From contig JBDTME010000002.1 in assembly GCA_039934415.1 (NCBI GenBank), positions 92,746-156,745 of the forward strand: a stretch of 64,000 nucleotides of DNA, read 5' to 3'. Shown here in pieces: positions 57,101 to 64,000 of this stretch. The stretch comes from Patescibacteria group bacterium. GTDB taxonomy: Bacteria > Patescibacteriota > Microgenomatia > UBA1400 > PJMF01. The notes beneath the pieces are model-generated. The model saw only the letters and a program-made list of their open reading frames with translations, was not told where the DNA came from and did no database searches. How positions within the stretch are numbered: position 1 is the first letter of the stretch; each line of letters starts with the position of its first letter. A program made the translations under genes and the position numbers.

Positions 57101-57941
57101 TACTCAAAGACTTGTCAGATTATGGACTAATGCATATTTTCCGACTAAAGGCATAGAAGGCAGGATTTACACTGATAAAAATCGACAAAAATTAAACCCA
57201 AAAACAGGAAAACAAGAGGATAACGACAATTATGAGGGCAATTGGAACAAGCCGATTTTCCCAGATCATTTCCAGTTTTTAACAGAATCTGAAGACAGAA
57301 TTGGAAATATTGATCTCTACACAACGGCGCAAAAGGGGTGGGATAAAATGCTCAAGATGACTGTTGGCCCGATAAGTGCCGGTCTGAAAATGCACGACAT
57401 CTTTGGAGCTGAGCATGGGTTATACACTGAATTTTTGAATAATGGTATCGGTTTAGCTAAGGTTGTTGCTGGCCCACACCACAACTGGTTTGTGCCAATG
57501 TTGAGATATCTTATTGGAAGAATAGGCGTTGGTTTTTATTCTGAGGCTGTGAACCACCGAGAAGAGTTGCGAAAGGAGTTGGTTGAACAGCTCAAGATTG
57601 GTACTGGAGTGCCTCGTGGTGCAGTCGGATTTGATGAGTTATTGGCCGAGCTAGAGGGGAAAGATGCAACTCAATTTGCGGGAAGTAGATGGAATAAAAT
57701 GCCTGATATCCTTAGACCGTTTGATCAAGGTAGAAGAAGAGATGAGCGCGTGGCTTACATGAGAGCATGGTATAAGGACAAGACTGACAAGGAGCCACCA
57801 TCTTTGTTGCAGCGAGTAAATCCTGGTAAAGATGAGTACATCAAGACCTATTATGATGCAATTGATGAAGTCATACCATTGCCTGTAATTATTGATCGTG
57901 CATCTGCCAGTACAGATACTGCAGAAAAGAAAGCAGCCTAA
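54195..57941 (+). CDS. large hypothetical cytoplasmic protein (1,248 aa) in the T4SS neighbourhood
   Basis: No signal peptide, TM helix or NTP-binding motif. The N-terminal half is acidic coiled coil and the C-terminal half is globular. A TTGTCG-17-TAAAAT promoter-like element lies upstream. Confidence 0.45.
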   Translation: MRNMVKSGSNMNERRVEVPVDPEKRFVKETFGMIFADLPIKADFKRRIISALRVLDEAILDVNGQPLDLSPIKIKVQKDNIELLYVMISSLRTSPELLESPDAIDSFEDQLKVVGEQVGSILDTYENILADIENPLPVVAVETPPLSDKEVVDQFIASEPSIASEYQQILNITPNFPDLTIRDKYPFAGDDDEGRDRAGLIIQADKLRITLLTRAVENALERRYVGKSESEAREKIIIQQKLLRPLDELSDKLQGQILKEFLESYDRAELGELLYGEEDGLLDEPPFTTLLADIDEVGDKVSKEPVGYSGLTSLGTLKQRIEANFKAAEVQAQGRLLALIPGKFHEEFQRTWSTQYALKTAQSLRALEKLFYTTFEKTANDIGQEADGIIQNYQSLATPDLPTLYTEQKKLSDKKTELDKLLYVKFFSATENKTTTDIEDKVKAKISEIDKIEEEIETKQLDLWKQDVLPGEIHLLELNAADTDAKTALAGTDKTVIAAAKERLEKARKEAFALVPTKVLVDTQEVLIKGASHYLNQLVAASDQTVLAAAERLSTLDEVEREEMKTSLSGLIEKINKLDLEDETHTLDSLKKEYADEFKDLEDRFDKGGIPPASVSSRYAEAKKKLGIMVESATIRGYPFSKVVSIASEKNYDVFVDTKSTRTIADPYEKAIVKRVQALYYTETAKFGVKNADGSIDENDPETEKLRIEHRRQKVRMFAYRYRDDNYPKTGVPAAKQENLYSLFGPRRLSRKDILEGVTNHEIYGQHTQDLLRYVIDVVGEDIPTRSPKPAEMNPDGTVKERARFYTARELEICYDDLAKNPDGPLKLENHLKEIFVASGLLPLEHFEIVWNLYITFDLASISLAKLQKRTKTRSHNPTKPVDTEYLSYPFHVMSHKRNRYGNLDSAHQHLLEFTGDYPNDEEKDQFGNLVYRDDSGNVVPAGTRDSTTYLWAGNQSKRHGTHVRTVRTTQRLVRLWTNAYFPTKGIEGRIYTDKNRQKLNPKTGKQEDNDNYEGNWNKPIFPDHFQFLTESEDRIGNIDLYTTAQKGWDKMLKMTVGPISAGLKMHDIFGAEHGLYTEFLNNGIGLAKVVAGPHHNWFVPMLRYLIGRIGVGFYSEAVNHREELRKELVEQLKIGTGVPRGAVGFDELLAELEGKDATQFAGSRWNKMPDILRPFDQGRRRDERVAYMRAWYKDKTDKEPPSLLQRVNPGKDEYIKTYYDAIDEVIPLPVIIDRASASTDTAEKKAA

Positions 57942-58022
57942 GACTGTGCTGTGATTTTCCTTCAGCGATCTTTTTTTCACTAACTTCAATAAATAGAGAG
58001 ACTCGGAAAATTTACGATGTAG

Positions 58023-59741
58023 CTAATTTGCTTGTCCACCAGAAGCACCACCTGTTTTTTCAGGCTTGTCATTTTTAGGTTCAGTAGGTTTATTTTGTCC
58101 TTTTCTAATGTCATCAAGTTGGCGATTAATTGTGTCTGGATCCAGCAACTTACCTTCTCTTGCTCTATCAATAGCACTCGCTGTAGATTGACCAGCTTTA
58201 TATCCAGCTCCACCCCAATTAACGAATCCACCTCTTGTCTTGCCTGCAGCATCCTTGTGACCATACACAACACCCCTAAGAGTTTGAGCAAATGCTTGTG
58301 TCGGATTCTGAGCAGTTCTGTATCCCATGTATCCACCCACAGCAGCTCCAGCAGCACCACCAGCACCAAGTCCGACCAGCGGAGCAGCATACTGATTACC
58401 TTGAAAGACATTACTAACAGCCTTCCCACCAAACTCTTCAAAGATACTGGCTGGCTTGTATTTACTGACGATTGCGACGACTTCTGGTAATAGCATGATA
58501 GCGGCGATGCCGCCAATGAAACCGATTGTGTCACTTTCATTTCTTCCTGGTACAAATGGGGGAATGAAACCGCCACCTTGTAATTGTTGTGGCAGACTAC
58601 CATTTGTTTGAGCGTTTACAGATGGAACGATGGCCGAACTTTGAACCGCGCTACCTCCATTGATCATCATAAAACCAATGATAATGAATACTAACAGTAC
58701 TGGAAACACAGCGAGATTGACGGCTAAAGCTTTGACCCAATTGCCAAAAGCATTGCCGTTAATCGCCCCTAACATCAAGATAACCGGTGCGAAAATAATG
58801 GATAAGATGATCTCAAAATAGACTTTGATCAACGAGAAGAATGTCCGGAACATGGCAAACAAAACCGCAACAAAGATAATTAAAGTAGCGAGAACACTGG
58901 TAATGCCACCAGCAACACTTCCTAATGCATTATTAATACCTTGATCGTTTGAGATGACATTATTGACGAAACTACCAACGGCTTCGCCACTCTTATTTGC
59001 AAATCCGCTTCCAATCACTCCTCCAAATACGTCAAAAATGTTCAAATTTAAGATCTTAAAATTGGCGAGCAAATCACTCTGAATTAATCCTGCCCCTCCA
59101 AACATTGTGATTAAGAAGTACATCATGATCCACATGATGTCGATCATGAGACCAGCGATTGCATAAGAGAAAGAGACCGCTAATAAGGCAATGATAATTC
59201 TAGGCAAGGCTTGTTGGATAGTCACCGCAGTTTGACCGCCCAAATTTTGTCGGAACATGATTCCGAACCCAATTGCTAAGAAAATAAATACAAAGAAAAC
59301 ATAAGAAATGTCGCGGAAAATTTTCCATAGCGCCAAGACTGGTTGCAAAGCGGAAAAACCAATGCCTTGTGCATAGGCGGGTTGTGCTCCCAGATGTCCA
59401 AATAAGTCAGCAAAATATGCTTTTTCTGAAGCAGGTTGGGTATAAGCAAAACCAATCATTTTGCCTACTGCGCCCATTGCTCCAGTGTCAGTTAGCCCTG
59501 TGCCATTACCATTCGGATCACCATTAAATAAATACAGTAGACCGTAGGCATTTTTTTCCAAACTGTAAACTATTGTATGATCCAAGTTGGTTTTATTATC
59601 TCTGGTGTTTTCCATCGTTTGTCTAAAATTGTCATTGACGTTACCACCACTAATTTCCGCAAAGGTTTGAGGGACGAAAAAAGCCGAGGACACGACGGAA
59701 AGAATGAACAAAAAGAAGATAGAATACAGAGCTTTCTTCAT
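58023..59741 (-). CDS. TrbL/VirB6-like polytopic T4SS membrane protein
   Basis: A signal peptide, 6 or more TM helices and a Gly-rich hydrophilic C-terminal tail. 572 aa, the size and topology of the TrbL/VirB6 family. Confidence 0.5.
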   Translation of the reverse strand: MKKALYSIFFLFILSVVSSAFFVPQTFAEISGGNVNDNFRQTMENTRDNKTNLDHTIVYSLEKNAYGLLYLFNGDPNGNGTGLTDTGAMGAVGKMIGFAYTQPASEKAYFADLFGHLGAQPAYAQGIGFSALQPVLALWKIFRDISYVFFVFIFLAIGFGIMFRQNLGGQTAVTIQQALPRIIIALLAVSFSYAIAGLMIDIMWIMMYFLITMFGGAGLIQSDLLANFKILNLNIFDVFGGVIGSGFANKSGEAVGSFVNNVISNDQGINNALGSVAGGITSVLATLIIFVAVLFAMFRTFFSLIKVYFEIILSIIFAPVILMLGAINGNAFGNWVKALAVNLAVFPVLLVFIIIGFMMINGGSAVQSSAIVPSVNAQTNGSLPQQLQGGGFIPPFVPGRNESDTIGFIGGIAAIMLLPEVVAIVSKYKPASIFEEFGGKAVSNVFQGNQYAAPLVGLGAGGAAGAAVGGYMGYRTAQNPTQAFAQTLRGVVYGHKDAAGKTRGGFVNWGGAGYKAGQSTASAIDRAREGKLLDPDTINRQLDDIRKGQNKPTEPKNDKPEKTGGASGGQAN

Positions 59742-59820
59742 GGCCTTATTCTACTCAAATGAAAGCTCAAGTGAAAGAGGGGAAATCTCGTCCAAAAAAA
59801 GAGGTATAATTTGTAGGTAA

Positions 59821-60813
59821 ATGTTATTTATCATTGGTCTTCATACTATGTTTAGAAAATATTGCGCCCTCTTCATTTTTTTATTCTGTTTCCCCCTCTC
59901 TATTAGTATTGGTGTTGCTCACGCCCAAACTGTAACCCCTCTCATTTTCCCAGATACGAGAGCTGCCTCCACCGTTGGTGCTGAAAGCAGTAGTGAAGCG
60001 AATGCAAGTGCTGAAGCAGAAGCGAGTGCCGCTGGCAAGATTCAAGAAAAAATTCAAGAAAAAACCACGACTGACTTGACACAAACGACAGGTTTAGTGA
60101 AGAGCCGGTTGGCTTTGTTATTAGATAGTCATCCGATTGGTCCACTCTCCATTGGGAACTTTATTCAATATCTGATTCGTCAAGCTGTGGACAGTGGAGT
60201 GCCAGCCAACATGTTGGTGCTGATGCTGATGTTCCCAGTAGTAGTATCCTTGATCGCTGTGTCGCGACACGTGATTGGCTTGGAGGGTTTTGGCGTGTAC
60301 GGTCCAGCCGTATTAGCTGTGGCGTTTGTTTCGACTGGGATCGTGACTGGTGTGCTGCTCTTTCTAGTCATCACTGCTGTTGCTTTGGTCGGACGAAGCG
60401 GTTTTCGTCAACTCAAACTCCAGTACCTTCCCAGAACTGCTTTGTTAGTATGGTTTGTTTCATTGATTATCTTTCTGTTGCTCGTTATCTCGCCATTCTT
60501 TAATGGACTCGTCAATCTAGCCGCAGTAGGTATCTTTCCAATCTTGGTGTTGATCTTGTTATCGGAAAACTTTGTGGGTTCTCAAATCTCTGCCAATTTT
60601 GGGCGTTTGGCCCAAGTCACTTTTGAAACTATTCTGCTCTCGGTCTCTACCGCTTGGCTGATGGGACTCACTCAAGTTCAGGATATCGTAATCTTGCATC
60701 CTGAGATGACAATCATTGGTGTTGCTTTGCTCGATATGGCGGTTGGTAAATACACTGGCCTTCGAGTGAGTGAGTTTTTCCGCTTTAAACCAATTATGGA
60801 TCAAGAAGAGTAG
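59821..60813 (+). CDS. polytopic (~6-7 TM) membrane protein with an N-terminal Ala/Ser/Glu-rich region
   Basis: Hydrophobicity pattern. It is the first gene of the co-directional set with the ATP-grasp and QEGLA proteins. Confidence 0.4.
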   Translation: MLFIIGLHTMFRKYCALFIFLFCFPLSISIGVAHAQTVTPLIFPDTRAASTVGAESSSEANASAEAEASAAGKIQEKIQEKTTTDLTQTTGLVKSRLALLLDSHPIGPLSIGNFIQYLIRQAVDSGVPANMLVLMLMFPVVVSLIAVSRHVIGLEGFGVYGPAVLAVAFVSTGIVTGVLLFLVITAVALVGRSGFRQLKLQYLPRTALLVWFVSLIIFLLLVISPFFNGLVNLAAVGIFPILVLILLSENFVGSQISANFGRLAQVTFETILLSVSTAWLMGLTQVQDIVILHPEMTIIGVALLDMAVGKYTGLRVSEFFRFKPIMDQEE

Positions 60814-60856
60814 AGTGCTGTTGTTTTTGAAAAATTAAAAAATTGAGATTGTATCT

Positions 60857-62146
60857 ATGTCTTTCGTCAAACCATCCCAGATTTTGGGTATGAACGCTCG
60901 AGCCCAACTGTACACTTCGCTCAATAGTGCGCATGCGAAGAAATTTGGTTTCTCCAAACTCAAGGCGAAGAACTTTCTTAGGAAGCATGGAATTGGCGTG
61001 CCAGAGTTGTACGCAGTGATTTCAAGTCGTGAAGAATTGAGAAAGTTTGATTGGAAAAAAATCGAAGGAGCGTTTGCGATTAAGCCAATCAATGGCAGCG
61101 CCGGGAAAGGTATTCTGGTAATCAAAGACCGCAACAAACGCAAACGAAAGTGGATTGACATTGAGGGTAATGAGTACTCAGAATCAGATTTAAACTTTCA
61201 TACATCAGATATTTTAGAAGGGCAGTATACGACTTGGGGAAATCAGTACGCAGCATTAATAGAGGAGCGTGTGCCAGTGCATCCTGATTTGGAACCACAC
61301 ATCGAAGTAGGCACGCCGGATGTGCGCATCATTTTGTTTAATAAAATTCCTGTGATGGCGATGATCCGTTTACCAACCAAAGAATCACAAGGCAGAGCGA
61401 ATCTTGATCAAGGTGCGATTGCGATTGGAATCGATTTGGGAACTGGTAAGTCAGTCTATGGAGTATCCGGTAAGAAAGAAATTATCCAAACGATTCCCAA
61501 AAGCGGTCACAGTGTGGCGGGTATTGAAGTCCCATACTGGAAACAGTGTCTCAAAACTGCCGTGAGAGTTGCCAATGCAACTGGCTATGTGTTTATGGGA
61601 GTAGACTTGTTTGTGCATCCAGAAAAAGGGCCAATGGTGGCGGAAGTAAACGGATTTCCTGGTTTATCGATTCAGTTGGCAAATCGAGCGGGTTTGCGCA
61701 GACGACTCCAGCGGATTGAAGGCATGGAGGCCAAGAACGTTAACCAAGCTGTCAAGATCGGACAGTCATTGTTTGCCGAGAATTATCCAGCTCAAGGTGA
61801 TTCTGATCTTGATCTAATCATCCTTGATCCTAAAGAACCGATTATGTTGTTTGGAGATGGAAAGCAAGAAAAACAGGTCACAGCACTCATTAATACTGGT
61901 CGTTACCGCAGTGCAATTAGTGCCGATGTCGCTTCGGAATTAGGCTTAGTTGATCCTGAAGATTTACTCTGGAAACAAGTGCTTGATGACGATGAAAAAG
62001 TACCAGTCGTAGAAGTGAAGTATAAAATTCGCGAACGCACCATTACTACGACGATGGCTGTCTCAAAACGCTTGAGCAGGAAAAGAAACTCTGTCGAAAT
62101 CGGACGCAAAGATTTAACTGGGTTTTTAGTAGCAGGAGAAAGGTAG
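60857..62146 (+). CDS. RimK-like ATP-grasp ligase (alpha-L-glutamate ligase-related family)
   Basis: The N-terminal ILGMNARAQLY and the ATP-grasp core (AIKPINGSAGKGILVI, ..VFMGVDLFV..) match the RimK-related subfamily that is genomically paired with QEGLA proteins. Confidence 0.65.
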   Translation: MSFVKPSQILGMNARAQLYTSLNSAHAKKFGFSKLKAKNFLRKHGIGVPELYAVISSREELRKFDWKKIEGAFAIKPINGSAGKGILVIKDRNKRKRKWIDIEGNEYSESDLNFHTSDILEGQYTTWGNQYAALIEERVPVHPDLEPHIEVGTPDVRIILFNKIPVMAMIRLPTKESQGRANLDQGAIAIGIDLGTGKSVYGVSGKKEIIQTIPKSGHSVAGIEVPYWKQCLKTAVRVANATGYVFMGVDLFVHPEKGPMVAEVNGFPGLSIQLANRAGLRRRLQRIEGMEAKNVNQAVKIGQSLFAENYPAQGDSDLDLIILDPKEPIMLFGDGKQEKQVTALINTGRYRSAISADVASELGLVDPEDLLWKQVLDDDEKVPVVEVKYKIRERTITTTMAVSKRLSRKRNSVEIGRKDLTGFLVAGER

Positions 62147-62147
62147 C

Positions 62148-63131
62148 ATGTCCGCCTCCATCATCACCAAGATCAATCCAGTCAACAAAGAAGAAGAAAA
62201 AAAGAAATTCTTGTTCGATCAACAGTACAATCCTCAGTTCAAGTATGATCACGAATTTACAGTGCAAGAGTATGAGAAATTTGGTCAAATTTCTGATCAA
62301 TATTTGAAGCAGGCGAAATCAATCATCGATTCAGTGATCAAGAAATATGGGTCTGAAAGGAAGTTCCTAGAAGAAGTTGAGGGTCCGATCATTACTCGCG
62401 AGGAAGTGGAGTCCATTCTTCATGAATATATTAAAGAAAACAAGATTGAGCAGCACTTTAAAGTGACTTTTACTCGAAATGTTGTTTCGCGCACTGCCAT
62501 GGACCAAGACGAGATGAAGATTCGCCTCCCAATCGAGTATCGCAAACATGCTTTTCAAGGGATTTTAAACCATGAAATCGGTACGCATTACTTCCGAACG
62601 CTCAATGATCGATTGGCACCTTGGCATGACAAGCGAGGTGAGTTTGGTATGCGACCAAAGACTCAGACAGAGGAAGGACTCGCACTCATTCATCAATTCA
62701 TCAGTGCTGAAGAACCCTACTTATGGATTACAGGATTATATTATTATGGTACATGGTGTGCACATACTATGTCGTTCGCAGAACTGAATAAAGAGCTCAT
62801 GCCATATATAGAAGATCCGGAGCGTCGGTGGAAGTTGTGTTTGAAGATTAAACGTGGCATGAAAGACACATCGTTACCCGGTGGTTTTTCTCGAGAACAA
62901 CGCTATTTAAGCGGAGTATTTGAAGTGCTTCACTATCTTGAAGAACATGAGTATAATCCAGAACAACTCTACGCTGGAAAGATAGCAGTAGCCGATGTTG
63001 ATCGGGCCCGAAAACTCACGCCAGACAGAAAATATTTACTGCCGGAGTTTTTGCAGAAGATGTCACCAGAAGAGTACAAAAAAGGGATTCAACGCATTAA
63101 AAAATTTAACTTCCACGTTCTTCATGAATAG
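62148..63131 (+). CDS. QEGLA-motif protein (DUF1704 family)
   Basis: It contains TQTEEGLALIHQF (an EEGLA variant of the QEGLA motif) and HExxH-like NHEIGTHYF. It starts 1 nt after the ATP-grasp stop. Confidence 0.55.
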   Translation: MSASIITKINPVNKEEEKKKFLFDQQYNPQFKYDHEFTVQEYEKFGQISDQYLKQAKSIIDSVIKKYGSERKFLEEVEGPIITREEVESILHEYIKENKIEQHFKVTFTRNVVSRTAMDQDEMKIRLPIEYRKHAFQGILNHEIGTHYFRTLNDRLAPWHDKRGEFGMRPKTQTEEGLALIHQFISAEEPYLWITGLYYYGTWCAHTMSFAELNKELMPYIEDPERRWKLCLKIKRGMKDTSLPGGFSREQRYLSGVFEVLHYLEEHEYNPEQLYAGKIAVADVDRARKLTPDRKYLLPEFLQKMSPEEYKKGIQRIKKFNFHVLHE

Positions 63132-63227
63132 ACGTATCAGCGAATTAAGCTACTCGTCATCAAAAATGCCTCTTAAAAATCAAGTATGCACTCATAGTTC
63201 ACTATCTGTTATTTGGTATCAAAACTA

Positions 63228-64000
63228 ATGCTTACACAATTTTTTGACTTTCAATTAGCCAGCTATGAATCAGTTGAGAATGTTAATCCTGATGAGATTG
63301 CAAAAGCAGATCTGATAGAAATCCGCGGCTTTGTGCCGGGTGGAATTTATCACTCACAATCCTTGCGGTGGATGGGTGGGGTAACCAATTTCACATCTCC
63401 GAAAGAAATGATCAGGTCCAAAAAAGAACGTAGCGTGCTTGATGAAAATAAGTCTTGGTTTGAAGAACGAGGATACAGTTTTGAAATAGTTCCCATGACG
63501 AAGGTGCTGTTTAATGAATTTTATGAAGTGTATCAAAAGACGACGCTTCAACGCGAACGAGCGTTGACCTTTCCGCTCAAGGAACAAATCCTTGGAAAAG
63601 TTTTGGTAAAAACACCGGTGTTTCTGATCGGAATGTTTAAACGAAAAAAATTGGAATCGGCTTTAGTCTTTTCTGTCACTGAGGACAAACAAGCTGTTGT
63701 CTCGTTTGGCGCAAAGAAAAAATTTGATGAGCGCAGAGGTGGTGTGGGTGGCGTTCTAGAGTTGTTATTGATTGAGTATTGTTTGGCGCATGGCTTGACT
63801 GAGGTTAGTCACGGTAAATCCAGAAATCCGGCAGGAATTACGAGTAAGGCTGGTGTGTTTGAGTTCAAAGCGCGCTACGGATTTAGTGCTTTTCCAGAAG
63901 GATATTGGAAAACAACCTTTATTTTGAATCCCAAGATTGCCCTATCTGATTTAGTGTTCGTCACGGTGTTGAAAAACCAGGTTGGCTATATTGTAGTAAG
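63228..64000 (+). CDS. GNAT-like acyltransferase, C-terminally truncated by the window end
   Basis: My hand translation from the ATG at 63228 is open to the window end (more than 257 aa). It shows a GNAT motif-A-like RRGGVGGVLELLLIEYCLAHGL. It is not in the ORF track because no stop lies within the window. Confidence 0.4.
   Translation, partial: MLTQFFDFQLASYESVENVNPDEIAKADLIEIRGFVPGGIYHSQSLRWMGGVTNFTSPKEMIRSKKERSVLDENKSWFEERGYSFEIVPMTKVLFNEFYEVYQKTTLQRERALTFPLKEQILGKVLVKTPVFLIGMFKRKKLESALVFSVTEDKQAVVSFGAKKKFDERRGGVGGVLELLLIEYCLAHGLTEVSHGKSRNPAGITSKAGVFEFKARYGFSAFPEGYWKTTFILNPKIALSDLVFVTVLKNQVGYIVV

Noticed and set aside
1-64000. CRISPR arrays, rRNA/tRNA genes, integrases and transposases
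   Set aside because: I scanned all the intergenic spacers and found none. There are no regularly spaced repeats, no tRNA-like cloverleaf regions in the larger spacers (7258..7492, 21538..22071, 33217..33759), and no recombinase-like ORFs.

Overview
This is a low-GC (~40%) bacterial chromosomal window, read with the standard genetic code (ORFs of more than 1,200 aa stay open). It contains the replication origin neighbourhood: dnaA, dnaN, rpmH, rnpA, yidD, yidC and jag all lie on the minus strand, and a DnaA-box cluster plus an AT-rich stretch sit between dnaA and dnaN. Housekeeping genes present are valS, tsaD, trxA/trxB, uppS, rplY/ctc, rnhA, recF, kup and a deoxynucleoside kinase. A compact isoprenoid cluster holds an IDI-type Nudix protein, mevalonate kinase, diphosphomevalonate decarboxylase, a second IDI-like Nudix protein and UppS. 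The cell-envelope genes are VanW, SpoIID/LytB, a DsbA-like protein and an orphan solute-binding protein.

The accessory content is dominated by a dispersed type IV secretion / conjugative-pilus-like apparatus. Four tandem small VirB2/TrbC-like pilin genes sit at the left edge. Further along are a VirB4-family ATPase with co-directional, overlapping partner genes, a 1,231-aa protein ending in an M23 peptidase domain, and three larger secreted proteins whose C-termini are pilin domains (candidate minor pilins or adhesins). A 1,248-aa cytoplasmic protein of unknown function and a TrbL/VirB6-like polytopic protein complete the set.

Next to it is a four-gene set with no characterised function: a 7-TM membrane protein, a RimK-like ATP-grasp ligase, a QEGLA/DUF1704 protein and a GNAT-like protein. 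Two type II toxin-antitoxin pairs (RelE/ParD-like and VapBC-like) flank a ~1-kb island that is sharply GC-rich and open on both strands.

Three regulatory elements stand out. A CsoR-family two-cysteine repressor carries a perfect ATACCCCC/CGGGGGTAT operator upstream of the trxA-trxB-dsbA-like genes. A candidate T-box leader with an intrinsic terminator lies upstream of valS. A near-consensus sigma70 promoter is adjacent to dnaA. The overall gene content (large hypothetical proteins, minimal metabolism, T4SS pilins) is consistent with a Patescibacteria/CPR-like or other reduced low-GC lineage, which cannot be confirmed without database searches.
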